DNA from: a bacterium
Lineage (GTDB): Bacteria > UBA8248
Length of the DNA: 64,000 nucleotides
Assembly: GCA_965213625.1 (NCBI GenBank)
Contig: CBDBZU010000004.1
Coordinates: 3,840,001 to 3,904,000 of the forward strand
Direction of reading: 5' to 3'
The position numbers were made by a program, and so were the translations under genes. Below, one piece after another: positions 1 through 10,279 of the stretch (position 1 is the stretch's first letter; each line of letters opens with the position of its first letter). The notes below the pieces were generated by a model. That model did no database searches, had not been told where the DNA came from, and saw only the letters and a program-made list of their open reading frames with translations.

Positions 1-29
1 CGAATAGTCCGCACCCTTCGAGCGGACGC

Positions 30-1022
30 TCACACGCCATCCCCCTCGAACGTCGTCAGGAGTTCTTGGGGTTCCACGACCGTGGTTCCCGCCTTCATCA
101 CCGCCAATCCAGCCGCCCGATTCGCGAGTTCCGCCGCCTCACGCATTGACGCGCCTGCGGACAGGGAGAGCGTAAACATCGCAATCACCGTATCCCCCGC
201 CCCGGTCACGTCTAGCACCTGATCCGACCCAAAGATGGGTATATCTACTCTAGGAGAATCTCCCTCAAAGAGACTCATGCCCTTGTCTCCCCGGGTGAGC
301 AAGATCGCACGAGCCCCCGTTTTATCAAGCAGAGAAGCTCCCGCCTCATCGAGACGCTCTTCTTCGGGCCAATACCCGAGCAACCCTTCTACTTCTTCTT
401 CGTTGGGCGTAATGGCCGTGACCCCAAGAAACGAATCTCCCGCATAGCGGCTGTCCACCGTGACGATAAGTTCGGTGGATAATTTCCGTATCGCCTCTTT
501 CATACCTTCCGTCACGGTGCCTAAGCCATAGTCTGAGATTAAAAGCGCATCCAGGCCGTCATTCGCCATCCGCTCGATATCACGAACGAGCTGAGATTCG
601 AGCCTCTCGCTCAGTTCCAGCTTCATTTCGTGATCCACTCGGATCACCTGCTGGCGCTTGGTGTTTCGGCCTCCCGCCATCACGCGCGTCTTTGTGGGAG
701 TGACACGCCCGGCATCCGCCAACAACAGTCCGGTGTCTATCCGGCGTCTTTCCATTGCGCTGCGGAGTTCCTCGCCCACATCATCGGCGCCCAAAGCGCC
801 GATGGCCCGCACATTTCCGCCCAGGGCTGCAGCGTTCATCGCCGCATTGCCCCCGCCGCCGGGAACAATCTCTCGGCCGATGAAATCCAGAACAAGAACC
901 GGCGCTTCCCGGCTGATGCGAGAGGTGGCGCCATGGATGAATTCATCCGCGATGAAATCCCCCAGCACCGCCATGCGGATGGACGGAAATTTTTGAATAT
1001 ATTCCTTGAGTGGCAAACTCAT
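30..1022 (-). CDS. rfaE1: D-glycero-D-manno-heptose-7-phosphate kinase (RfaE/HldE kinase domain, PfkB family)
   Basis: Motifs RISREAPVLVL, PGGGGNAAMN and DVTGAGDTV. ATG at 1022 directly follows the gmhB stop. Confidence 0.9.
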   Translation of the reverse strand: MSLPLKEYIQKFPSIRMAVLGDFIADEFIHGATSRISREAPVLVLDFIGREIVPGGGGNAAMNAAALGGNVRAIGALGADDVGEELRSAMERRRIDTGLLLADAGRVTPTKTRVMAGGRNTKRQQVIRVDHEMKLELSERLESQLVRDIERMANDGLDALLISDYGLGTVTEGMKEAIRKLSTELIVTVDSRYAGDSFLGVTAITPNEEEVEGLLGYWPEEERLDEAGASLLDKTGARAILLTRGDKGMSLFEGDSPRVDIPIFGSDQVLDVTGAGDTVIAMFTLSLSAGASMREAAELANRAAGLAVMKAGTTVVEPQELLTTFEGDGV

Positions 1023-1023
1023 T

Positions 1024-1626
1024 TTAGTGATTCCCACCCTCGTTCAAGATGATTTCCACCGCATGATATGCGTCTTGCGCCACGAAATCCGGCTGGCGGG
1101 GCCACTGCTCTCCACGTAGCTCTCTTTCTCCCCGCCCATACCCCGTGAGCAAAAGACCTGACTTACAACCCGCACGCCAGCCCGCCTCCAAATCGGAATA
1201 CTTGTCTCCCAGCATGACGGATTTTTCCAAGTCAATTTCGTGTTCTTCCGCTGCCTTCAAAAGCATGCCGGGATAGGGTTTTCGCATCTTGCAGTCAATC
1301 GCATATTCGGGATCGTCTCCGTTCGGGACGTGCGGGCAAAAGTAGATTGCGTCAAGGCGCGCGCCTTTGCCGCCCAGTTCATCCTGAAGTTTGCGATGCA
1401 CCTGCTCCAGCATGGATTCCGGGAAATAGCCACGCGCCACGCCGGCTTGGTTCGTAATCAAAACGGCGAGCCACCCCGCTTCGTTCACCTTCCGGACGGC
1501 CGCCGCCGCCCTCGGGAGGAGTTCATATACGTCGAGGTGAGTGACATAGCCCACGTCTCGATTCAGGGTTCCGTCTCTGTCAAAAAATACCGCTGGTTTT
1601 TTGGTAGTGTCTTTTTCAGTTTCCAT
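1024..1626 (-). CDS. gmhB: D,D-heptose 1,7-bisphosphate phosphatase
   Basis: HAD motif FFDRDGTL, plus TNQAGVARG, CPH...C..RKP.PGM and GDKYSD. Confidence 0.92.
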   Translation of the reverse strand: METEKDTTKKPAVFFDRDGTLNRDVGYVTHLDVYELLPRAAAAVRKVNEAGWLAVLITNQAGVARGYFPESMLEQVHRKLQDELGGKGARLDAIYFCPHVPNGDDPEYAIDCKMRKPYPGMLLKAAEEHEIDLEKSVMLGDKYSDLEAGWRAGCKSGLLLTGYGRGERELRGEQWPRQPDFVAQDAYHAVEIILNEGGNH

Positions 1627-2698
1627 CCTTACTAATCCTCGGTTTTTCGTTTAGCAGCTTAACGGTTTCGTGCGCCACTTCTTCAGGCGTAATCAGTTTC
1701 ATGCAGTCGTGATGGCCGAAAGGGCACTTTCTTGCGAAACATGGGCTACAATCGAGATTCCTGTGAATGGTTCTATTCCAAGGGCCTCTTGGGCCCGTTC
1801 GACGATAGTCCGTGGGTCCGAACAGCGCAATCGTCGCCGTCCCGGCGAGCGCCGCCACATGAAGCGGGCCCGTATCGCCGGAGATGAATACATCCAGAGG
1901 GGAAAGTAAGGCGGGCAGCATCTCCAGAGTATCCTTTCCGGCCAGATTCACCGCTCGCCCCCCGGACATCTTATCCAATTTCACAGCAAGCGCTAGTTCA
2001 TCCGGCCCGCCCAAAATAAAGACCTGCACTCCCTCATGCTCTACGAGTCTGTAAATGAGTTTATTGAAATTTTCCAGCGGCCACGTCTTGGATTCACCGA
2101 AAAAGGCTCCGGGATGAATTCCCACCAAAGGCGCATGTTTCTTCGCGTGATGCGCTATCAACAAATCTTCCGCGAATTGTTGCGCCTCTGGTTTGATGAA
2201 GAAATCATCAACCCGTACACGGGTTTCATATCCTTCCGCTTCGAGAAGGTAAAGATACCAATCCACCAAGTGAGAAACATCTCTTGGAGGAGCCACACGG
2301 CTGCTCAATAGCCAGCCCCGACTGTCGGTCCCATACCCGATTCGCTGCTTTGCACCAATCCATTTCGCCATGAGGGCCGCGCGAAAGCTGTTGGGCAGAA
2401 TCCACGCATAATCTACCGTCTCGTCTTTCAGCATTCGCTTCAAGGATAAGAAGCTACTCCATTTCCCCGCATCGAGAGACAAGACCCGATCGATCCATGG
2501 AAAACTGCGGAGCAATCCGCAAGTCCAGGAACCTGCCGCCGCCGCCAGCCTCGCCCCTGGGTGCGCACGCCTCAGGGATGAAAAAAAAGGAGCGGACATG
2601 GCCGTGTCACCAATCCATGTGGGCGCCACTACAAGGTGCAACTCCTCCCGATGGGCATCGCCAGACAAACTCGATTCCTCCCCGGTGCGTCTCCGCAC
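1616..2698 (-). CDS. waaF: LPS heptosyltransferase II (GT9)
   Basis: Motifs PTWIGD, LPNSFRAA, HPGA.FG..K.WP, DTGPLHVA and CSPC...CP.GHHDCM. Confidence 0.88.
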   Translation of the reverse strand: MRRRTGEESSLSGDAHREELHLVVAPTWIGDTAMSAPFFSSLRRAHPGARLAAAAGSWTCGLLRSFPWIDRVLSLDAGKWSSFLSLKRMLKDETVDYAWILPNSFRAALMAKWIGAKQRIGYGTDSRGWLLSSRVAPPRDVSHLVDWYLYLLEAEGYETRVRVDDFFIKPEAQQFAEDLLIAHHAKKHAPLVGIHPGAFFGESKTWPLENFNKLIYRLVEHEGVQVFILGGPDELALAVKLDKMSGGRAVNLAGKDTLEMLPALLSPLDVFISGDTGPLHVAALAGTATIALFGPTDYRRTGPRGPWNRTIHRNLDCSPCFARKCPFGHHDCMKLITPEEVAHETVKLLNEKPRISKDGN

Positions 2699-2856
2699 CT
2701 TGAGTCACGGGGAAAACAACGAAAACTGCCCTTTTTCAACGCTATCAACCGGCGTGATGGGCGTCAATGAGCATGAAAAATACGTTTTGCAATCCGGCAA
2801 ACGCTCATATAGTGTGATGTGCGAGTATCGAGTGACCATCTCCCAGAGGATTACCC

Positions 2857-4074
2857 TTGAAAACATTGCACCGATATATCCTGGGTGAAATGGTGTCCTA
2901 TCTGCTCATATCCTTGCTCTTTCTTACATTTGTGCTCCTGCTGCACAGAATGTTTCAATTCACGGATTTGGTGGTGAACCGCGGGGTGCCAATTTCCATC
3001 GTGGCGCAGTTTATGCTCGCCGCCTTACCCGTTCTTCTTCTTGTTACCTTGCCCATGTCCACCCTTATTGCGAGCATCATGGTGTTCAGTCGCCTCTCGA
3101 GCGATAGCGAATCCCTGGCGATGACCGCCTCCGGCATGACCTTCTACTCCCAACTCATTCCAGTAGGAATGGTGGGGGTAGCCACTGCCCTCCTGAGCGG
3201 ATTTCTCATGATATTCGGGATTCCCTGGAGTCAGAGCACCACTTTGGAAGTCCGACAACAGATGCTTCATAGCCGAGTCGCTACTTTCGACCTTCGAGAA
3301 CAGGTATTTCATGATGGTTTCGACGGAATCATGTTCTACGTGCGAGAAATCGAATCATCAGGCAAGGCGCTGAAAGGCATCATGATTTCAGACACGAGGG
3401 AGGCCGGTACAAACCGGGTCATATTTGCCGATCGAGGGATGTTGTTCAAATCCTCATCATCTCCGAAAGTATGGTTACGCCTCGTCAGAGGGACCATCCA
3501 TACGGTCAGCGAACCCGGGAAGGTCTCCAGCAAGAATATTAGCGCGCATGACGGCACTTCTCTCTCCGGCGACAATTATCAAATCGCGCGCTTTGAGAGC
3601 CACGACCTCAATTTTGATCTCACGAAAACCATCGGGAAGACGAAAGCGCTTCGGACTAGCCTACGCTCGTTTCCACTCCATGAACTCAGAAATAAATTAA
3701 AAGAGCACGAGCCGGGAACAAGCAGGTACAACGCTATTCTCGTGGAATTGTACAAGAAATTCGCGGCGCCCTTCACATGCCTTATTCTGGCTTTCCTGGG
3801 GGCGCCTCTCGGCATACAGAACAGACGCTCGGGACGCCACGGCGGATTCGCCCTGAGTCTGGGCGTCCTGATGCTCTATTATCTACTCGTTACCTTCGCC
3901 GAGGGAATGGCGGAAAGCGGGCAACTCAGCGCTGCCGTCGCCGTGTGGAGTCCAAACGTATTATTGGCTTTCCTCGCGGGGTACTTGGTAAGAATCGCAG
4001 GGATGCGTTACACCATCGACATTTGGGGTCTGTTCCTCAAACCTTTTTCTCCATTCATCCGAAGCAAATCATAA
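2857..4074 (+). CDS. lptF: LPS export ABC permease LptF
   Basis: YjgP/YjgQ family: LHRYIL N-terminus, RLSSDSE..AM..SG, six TM helices; paired with lptG. Confidence 0.88.
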   Translation: MKTLHRYILGEMVSYLLISLLFLTFVLLLHRMFQFTDLVVNRGVPISIVAQFMLAALPVLLLVTLPMSTLIASIMVFSRLSSDSESLAMTASGMTFYSQLIPVGMVGVATALLSGFLMIFGIPWSQSTTLEVRQQMLHSRVATFDLREQVFHDGFDGIMFYVREIESSGKALKGIMISDTREAGTNRVIFADRGMLFKSSSSPKVWLRLVRGTIHTVSEPGKVSSKNISAHDGTSLSGDNYQIARFESHDLNFDLTKTIGKTKALRTSLRSFPLHELRNKLKEHEPGTSRYNAILVELYKKFAAPFTCLILAFLGAPLGIQNRRSGRHGGFALSLGVLMLYYLLVTFAEGMAESGQLSAAVAVWSPNVLLAFLAGYLVRIAGMRYTIDIWGLFLKPFSPFIRSKS

Positions 4075-4083
4075 ATACCCGCC

Positions 4084-5172
4084 ATGACCATATTGAGCCG
4101 CTACATCCTGAAACAGTTTCTGAGAATGGTGTTTCTTTGTCAGGCGGGAGCCATCACCCTCTTCCTCATCGCGGAGTTTATCGAGCGCATCGATGATTTC
4201 ATCGAAGAGAACGCTGCCCTGGCCGATGCGGCCCTGTATTTCCTGTACAAGATACCCCATCTCGTTTTTCTCTCCGTTCCGCTCACCGTTCTGATGGCGA
4301 GTACGTTCACGCTGATTCTGTTCTCCAGAGAAAACGAGGTTCTCGCCATGCGCGCAGGGGGCCTGAGTCTCTACCGGATCATTGCGCCCATTCTCATCGC
4401 CAGTCTGGGTATCAGCCTCCTCACCTTCCTGGCGAATGAATACATCGTTCCATTCGCCAACAAGCGCGGAGAATACATACGCCGGGTCAAGATCCAGAAA
4501 ACCGGCTTACGCACGCATATCCAGAGAGACAAAATATGGTATCGCTCGGAAGACAACACAATCTGGCAAATCACGCACTATGATCCAACATCGGAAAAAA
4601 TGAGAGGCGTTACCTTGTACAGAATGGGACGGCAAAACCGCTTGACGCAACGTATTGACGCAACCGAGGTGGTTTGGCTTCCAGCAGAAAAACATTGGGC
4701 ATTCCACAAAGGCGTGATCCACGATTTTGCAGGCGAGGGAAAAATCAAACAGAAGACCTTTGAGAAAAAAGTTTTCCCGCTCCCAGAAAAACCGAAAGAT
4801 TTCAAGAAAACTGGCAGAAACCCGGAGACAATGAACTATCAGGAGCTTGACCGCTACATAAAAAACTTGCGCAAAAGCGGCGTGAACACCACCCGCTACA
4901 TCGTAGATATGTGGGCAAAAATTTCTGCGCCATTCATCAGTTTCGTATTGGCTATCGTAGGTGTGGCTTTCTCCATTCGAAGCAGCAGAAGCGGTGGAGT
5001 CGCGCTGGGAGTCGCCATCGCCATCGCCATCGGCGCGATCTACCTCATTCTGTTTCATGCGAGCATTTCGTTCGGGCATGCAGGACGCCTTCCGCCCGTC
5101 CTGGCGGCCTGGGGCCCAAATGCGATTTTCATCGCGGGAGGGGCTTACTTTCTCGTCTCCATCAGGAGATAA
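4084..5172 (+). CDS. lptG: LPS export ABC permease LptG
   Basis: Motifs ILSRYIL, SRENEVLAMRAGGLS and LPPVLAAWGPN. Confidence 0.88.
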   Translation: MTILSRYILKQFLRMVFLCQAGAITLFLIAEFIERIDDFIEENAALADAALYFLYKIPHLVFLSVPLTVLMASTFTLILFSRENEVLAMRAGGLSLYRIIAPILIASLGISLLTFLANEYIVPFANKRGEYIRRVKIQKTGLRTHIQRDKIWYRSEDNTIWQITHYDPTSEKMRGVTLYRMGRQNRLTQRIDATEVVWLPAEKHWAFHKGVIHDFAGEGKIKQKTFEKKVFPLPEKPKDFKKTGRNPETMNYQELDRYIKNLRKSGVNTTRYIVDMWAKISAPFISFVLAIVGVAFSIRSSRSGGVALGVAIAIAIGAIYLILFHASISFGHAGRLPPVLAAWGPNAIFIAGGAYFLVSIRR

Positions 5173-5181
5173 CGCGCCAAC

Positions 5182-6267
5182 TCAAGACGAAAACGCTTTC
5201 TTTTCGATCAAACCAGCCAAATTCATCTCGTCATCTATCTTCATCACCACGCGAAGAACACGAAGCGGCGTTTTACTCAGCAAACGAGACAGTTTTGCCG
5301 CATCTTTCTCCGTAGTGAGAATGAATTCGGCTCCGGTCTTCTGCAGCGACGAAACGAGCCGCACGCCATCCGCCAAAGCATAATGGGCATGATCCGGATA
5401 TTCGTGATGCACGGTAATCTCGACATCCAGCGATTCAAGCATTTTCTCAAAACCATGCGGATTTCCCAGGCCGCTGACAGCAACGACTTTTGCGCCCTGT
5501 AGTTCATCCGGCAAGCCCGTTTTTTCTCCTCCTGCATCCAGGATTGCATCCGGCTCAAGACGCCCTGTGCACATTGGAATATCCGGGATAAGAGACTGGA
5601 TTTCTTCTCTCTCCCTATCTAGACATTCGCCCGTCACCAAAACGGCGTCCGCGCGCTCTAAGGCCGAAACCGACTCCCGGAGAGCACCTGCGGGAACCAC
5701 CTTGCCATTTCCAAAAGGACAATCTCCGCGCACAACCACCACGTCCATATCCCGGTGGAGCGCCAAGTGTTGAAACCCATCGTCGAGCACGACAACATCC
5801 GCTCCGAATTCCTCGACCGCCTTGTTCGCGACAAAAGAACGTTCCGCACCCGTTAATACGAGGAGGCCGGGATAGCGGCGTGCTAGCATCGCCGCCTCAT
5901 CGGCAGCCGGCGGCGCTGCCATCAGGCTTCCCTTCCCATCGCCCACAACCATCACATCCTTGGGTCTTCCGCCATAGCCCCTGCTCACCACGGCGGGCTT
6001 TTGCCCTTTCAACATAAGTTGTTCCACGAGCCAGGCGACCGTGGGCGTTTTTCCCGTTCCTCCCAGGGTAAGATTCCCAATCGAAATGACGGGTACGGGA
6101 ATTTTAGAGACACCAGCCTTTCCGGATTCAAAACGCCGGCGCCGACGCGCCATTGCGCCACCATAGAGACTTCCCAGGGGGCTCAAGCTCTTCGTCAACA
6201 TACGTGCCCAGGCCGGAGACGAGGGGTCGCCCTCCCAGGCCTGCAGGATTCCGCGCCGAAAACTCAT
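5182..6267 (-). CDS. lpxK: Tetraacyldisaccharide 4'-kinase
   Basis: Motifs GNLTLGGTGKTP, SRGYGG, DDGFQH and TTEKDAAK. Confidence 0.95.
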   Translation of the reverse strand: MSFRRGILQAWEGDPSSPAWARMLTKSLSPLGSLYGGAMARRRRRFESGKAGVSKIPVPVISIGNLTLGGTGKTPTVAWLVEQLMLKGQKPAVVSRGYGGRPKDVMVVGDGKGSLMAAPPAADEAAMLARRYPGLLVLTGAERSFVANKAVEEFGADVVVLDDGFQHLALHRDMDVVVVRGDCPFGNGKVVPAGALRESVSALERADAVLVTGECLDREREEIQSLIPDIPMCTGRLEPDAILDAGGEKTGLPDELQGAKVVAVSGLGNPHGFEKMLESLDVEITVHHEYPDHAHYALADGVRLVSSLQKTGAEFILTTEKDAAKLSRLLSKTPLRVLRVVMKIDDEMNLAGLIEKKAFSS

Positions 6268-7535
6268 GCGGCGCCCCCATCCGAGCCCGCCAGGACTCGA
6301 ACGATGTATGCCGCGGTTCGCTCGGAAGCGCCCTGGTTGTTCTGCACTACCCGGCGGGCCGCCTCACCTGCCCGATTCCGCGATTCCGGATCATCCAGCC
6401 ATTTCAAGACGGCCGCCTCCAAATTCTCCCGCCCCTTCAGTTGAACCGCGCCGCCTTGCTTCACCATCTCGCTCGTCACCTCGGCAAAATTCTCCATGTG
6501 GGGACCACACAGGCACGGCACCGCCCAGCGCGCCGCTTCTATCGGGTTCTGGCCGCCATGGGGAATAAAACTTCCACCGATGATCGCCATCGCCGCGCAC
6601 CCGTACGCATCCGCCAGTTCTCCCATCACATCCAGGATGACTGTTTGATGCTCACCACCCGTATCATTTATCTGGCTCCACCGCACGGGAGAAATTCCTG
6701 CGCCTTTCAGGTCCGCTTCTACCTGGGCCACCCTTTCCAGGTGGCGGGGCGCAAGGAGAAGACCCACTCCCGGCATTTTCCGATGAACGGATGACCACAC
6801 CTCTCCAATCAGTTTCTCTTCTCCCGGGTGCGTGCTGCCGGCCACGATGACGTACCTGCACGCGCTCAAACCATACGCCCCATGCGGGGGCTCCTGAGGC
6901 GGCGCAGGGACGTCGAATTTGACGTTCCCGGAAACCCGCACGGATGTTGCGCCCAAATCCAAAAACCGCTCGGCATCCTCATCCCCGCGCGCCAGCACAT
7001 CTGCGAAACGCTCAAGAAGCGCAGAGAAAAAAAACTGAAAGCGCTTGTACTTATGATATGACCGCTCTGACAGCCTACCGTTTACGATGGATACTGGGAT
7101 ATTCCGTCTTGCCGCCTCCACCACGAGATTCGGCCATATCTCCGTCTCGATGAGCGCGATCATGGACGGCCGGATGCGTCTCAAGGCGGCTTGGACTATC
7201 AAGGGGAAATCCAGAGGCAAGTATATGAGTTGTTCCAGGCCTGAGATTTTTCCGGCCTCGTTCCTGCCTGTTTGCGTTACCGTGGAAAGCACGATCTTGA
7301 GCTCCGGCCTCTTTCTCAGAAGCGCAGGTATCAAGACGGCGGCAACGCCCACTTCCCCCACGGAGACGGCATGCAGCCAAAGACGCCCTCCTCCCGCATC
7401 GGGCAAGCGGGGCAGAAACCCGAACCTTTCACGAACGGCCCGGAGGTCAAACCCCCGGAGCCAGAGGCGGACCAGAAAATACACGAGCAATACGGGCGAG
7501 ATGAGAATAATAACGACATTGTAGAGAAACAACAT
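6264..7535 (-). CDS. waaA: Kdo transferase
   Basis: Motifs WLHAVSVGE, ETEIWPN, GSTHPGEE, APRHLER and GGQNPIEAA. Confidence 0.95.
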   Translation of the reverse strand: MLFLYNVVIILISPVLLVYFLVRLWLRGFDLRAVRERFGFLPRLPDAGGGRLWLHAVSVGEVGVAAVLIPALLRKRPELKIVLSTVTQTGRNEAGKISGLEQLIYLPLDFPLIVQAALRRIRPSMIALIETEIWPNLVVEAARRNIPVSIVNGRLSERSYHKYKRFQFFFSALLERFADVLARGDEDAERFLDLGATSVRVSGNVKFDVPAPPQEPPHGAYGLSACRYVIVAGSTHPGEEKLIGEVWSSVHRKMPGVGLLLAPRHLERVAQVEADLKGAGISPVRWSQINDTGGEHQTVILDVMGELADAYGCAAMAIIGGSFIPHGGQNPIEAARWAVPCLCGPHMENFAEVTSEMVKQGGAVQLKGRENLEAAVLKWLDDPESRNRAGEAARRVVQNNQGASERTAAYIVRVLAGSDGGAA

Positions 7536-7542
7536 GAGCGGC

Positions 7543-8274
7543 TCACTTCCCCGCCGTGTTCTTCAAGTGGTAGTGCGCTTCTTCATTCGCATGCATGAGC
7601 CGTCTTTCGACTTCTGCGCGCTTCGCCTCCAACTCCCCCTTGTCCCGGGTTCGTGGCACTTCCAGAGGCTCTCCACAACAAACAGCGATTTTCCCGAACG
7701 GAAGAGGCATAATCGTCTTGTCCCACGTGGGGATGGTGAAAAAGCGGGATGCCGCGAAGGCGACCGGGCAAATGGGGTACCCCGTGAGACTCGCCAAAGT
7801 AATGACACCCATTTTCACTTTACGAGGGGGGCCCTTCGGGCCATCCGGCGTGATGACGAGTTGGTGTTCCCCTTGTTTCGCCACTCTGACCATCTGCCGA
7901 AACGCAGCGGTTCCGCCTTTATCCCTTCCATCCATCGCAGAGGAAGAGCCTCTCACACAATGGGTATTGAGCCGTGACATCACCTGGGCGAGTAATTCTC
8001 CGTCGTGGCTTCTGCTTGCCATGCATGTGCGGTGAGAATAATACGAATTAAAGAAGCAGGGCAGCCCCAAATGATGATGCCAGAGCACCCAGATAAATTG
8101 TTCATCGCGTCTGCGGTTCATTTTTTCATTCGATTCCGTTTCCGGCATGATCATCGACGAAGTGGCATAGACCGCTTTCAGATAACCCGCGATGACCATG
8201 CCGCCCAGCCACGCCGAAAGCGGCGCATCGGGATTCCGGCCCCATTCATCATAGGCGATTGAATCTTCATTCAT
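7543..8274 (-). CDS. DUF374 lysophospholipid acyltransferase family protein (LpxJ-like)
   Basis: Motifs ASRSHDGE, RGSS...GG, ITPDGPKGP and WDK..MPLPFG; lies between lpxB and waaA. Confidence 0.8.
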   Translation of the reverse strand: MNEDSIAYDEWGRNPDAPLSAWLGGMVIAGYLKAVYATSSMIMPETESNEKMNRRRDEQFIWVLWHHHLGLPCFFNSYYSHRTCMASRSHDGELLAQVMSRLNTHCVRGSSSAMDGRDKGGTAAFRQMVRVAKQGEHQLVITPDGPKGPPRKVKMGVITLASLTGYPICPVAFAASRFFTIPTWDKTIMPLPFGKIAVCCGEPLEVPRTRDKGELEAKRAEVERRLMHANEEAHYHLKNTAGK

Positions 8275-9454
8275 GCTGCGCGTCCTGCGCTTCAAAACCG
8301 AGTTGTGCTGCAATATGCGACGCGGCGCATTCATAGGGGTTCACCCCTTCCAGGGCGTTTTGTATCCTCTCAAAAGCCCTGATTTGCCTTGTCCTCACGC
8401 CATCATCCAAAAGCACTTCCCTCAAGGCATCCGCAATGGATTGCGCGCGCACCTGTTTCTGACACAATTCGGGTACCGCCTCATAGCCGGACAACAAATT
8501 CGCCAGACTGATATAATCCACCTGAAGTAAAAAATACCTTACCAGCGTATACGAGAAGGGATCTCCGGCATACAGAACAACCATCGGCACACCCAAAAGA
8601 GCCGTCTCGAGAGAAGCCGTGCCGCTCGCCACGACCACGGCGTCGGCCGCGCGAATCACTTTGGGTGCATCACCCCTCACGGTACGCACCTCGATACCAG
8701 ATGACTGCAAGCGGTTCGCAACGTATCCTTCGGGCAAGGATATCGCCTCTGAAATCAAAAAACGCAACCCCGGCGTTTGCGTATGGATAATCTTCAGCGC
8801 ATCCACCATGGCGTCCACATGAGAGTCAATTTCCTTGCGTCGACTGCCCGGGAGAAGCGAAATCACTTTATCGCTCATGGATAAGCCCAGTGAGAGCCGG
8901 GCGCTCTCCCTTGAAGGCGCATCTCGAAGTTCATAGGCGATGGGATTGCCGATGAACATGGCATTCCCCCCCAATTCGTTAAAAATTCGAGGCTCGAACG
9001 GAAATATGTTCAAAGCCAGATCGAATACATCCGCAATGGTGCGGGCGCGGCCCTTCCACCAGGCCCATACCTGGGGGGTGATGAAATAAATGCATTTGGG
9101 CGGCTGCGGCAGTTTGCGCACCGCGCGCGCGCACGAAAGATTAAAACCCGGATAATCGACAAAAATCACCGCCTTCGGCTTGTGTTCCGCGATTCTCCGC
9201 AACAGATCTTTCTTGATTTTTTTCAATTTGGGATAAATGCGGGGAATGCCGGCGAAGCCGACAATGGATATATCGCCGATGTCATGGAGTAGTTCCACAC
9301 CCGCCTCGGCCATCAATTGGCCCCCCATCCCGTATATACGGAGGTTCGGCATTCTGGCGGCCAGCGACTGGACTAGATTCGCGGCGTGAACGTCTCCGGA
9401 TTGCTCTCCTGCGAGCACCATGACGTCGTTTGTCGAGCGCTCATCCGAGCTCAT
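8267..9454 (-). CDS. lpxB: Lipid A disaccharide synthase
   Basis: Motifs AGEQSGD, VDYPGFN, PQVWAW, LLPGSR and SGTASLE. Confidence 0.95.
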   Translation of the reverse strand: MSSDERSTNDVMVLAGEQSGDVHAANLVQSLAARMPNLRIYGMGGQLMAEAGVELLHDIGDISIVGFAGIPRIYPKLKKIKKDLLRRIAEHKPKAVIFVDYPGFNLSCARAVRKLPQPPKCIYFITPQVWAWWKGRARTIADVFDLALNIFPFEPRIFNELGGNAMFIGNPIAYELRDAPSRESARLSLGLSMSDKVISLLPGSRRKEIDSHVDAMVDALKIIHTQTPGLRFLISEAISLPEGYVANRLQSSGIEVRTVRGDAPKVIRAADAVVVASGTASLETALLGVPMVVLYAGDPFSYTLVRYFLLQVDYISLANLLSGYEAVPELCQKQVRAQSIADALREVLLDDGVRTRQIRAFERIQNALEGVNPYECAASHIAAQLGFEAQDAQHE

Positions 9455-10271
9455 TTTCCATCCAGCCGACAACGATGATGCCCGCTGCGTCGGCTTCCCG
9501 TATCAAGCGCTCGCGATCGATGAGAAAAGTCCGCTCCGCCTCCAGAATCAGCGCCGAAGCGCCGCCCTCGCGCATGACTGCCAAGGTCTCGGGCCCCACT
9601 GTAGGAATATCGTAGCGCATGTCCTGCTTGGGACGGGCCACCTTGCAAACAACAGCCCCTTTTCCGGCGAGAGCACATCCTCTCCGAATCGCCTCGTTCG
9701 TACCTTCGATACCCTCCACGGCAACTACCGTTCCTTTTTGCACCACCAGCGTTTGGCCGATATCCAGCGCGGCAACGCTCCGGGCCATCTGGAACGCATA
9801 TTCCGCATCTCTTCGTTGATTTTGGCGCAACTTTTTTTTTGTGATGCTCCCTCGCGGAGTAATGAGGTGATCGAGATACTCCGTTTGGGGCATCACCTTC
9901 ATCCCGTTTTCTTCCACAAACTCGATAACGGCATCCATGATCGTAGCATCGGCCGTATTCTTGGCATTTTTCATGAAGCGCAGAATCGTCAAATCGAAAC
10001 GCAAAGACTGAAACAAGAAACTTTTCTCCACCTTCCCCACGAGTCCTATCTCTCCAACATTCTCATCGCTGAAAAACCGGATGATTTTATTCGGCTGGGT
10101 GGGAGGGATATGAACTACGGAATCCGCTTCTTTTGATAATGTTTCCTTGACTTCAGCGGATAAAGCCACCACGGACACGTGCTTACCCCGTTTTTTCGCT
10201 CTGGAAACAAACTCGGACGACAGAGTACCCGAACCTGCAACGAGGCCAATTCTCTCCAGTGAATTCGGCAT
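9441..10271 (-). CDS. lpxI: UDP-2,3-diacylglucosamine diphosphatase LpxI
   Basis: Motifs GLVAGSG.L, LDIGQT, AVEGIEGT and KPQDMRYDIPTVG. Confidence 0.92.
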   Translation of the reverse strand: MPNSLERIGLVAGSGTLSSEFVSRAKKRGKHVSVVALSAEVKETLSKEADSVVHIPPTQPNKIIRFFSDENVGEIGLVGKVEKSFLFQSLRFDLTILRFMKNAKNTADATIMDAVIEFVEENGMKVMPQTEYLDHLITPRGSITKKKLRQNQRRDAEYAFQMARSVAALDIGQTLVVQKGTVVAVEGIEGTNEAIRRGCALAGKGAVVCKVARPKQDMRYDIPTVGPETLAVMREGGASALILEAERTFLIDRERLIREADAAGIIVVGWMENELG

Positions 10272-10279
10272 GGTAAATT

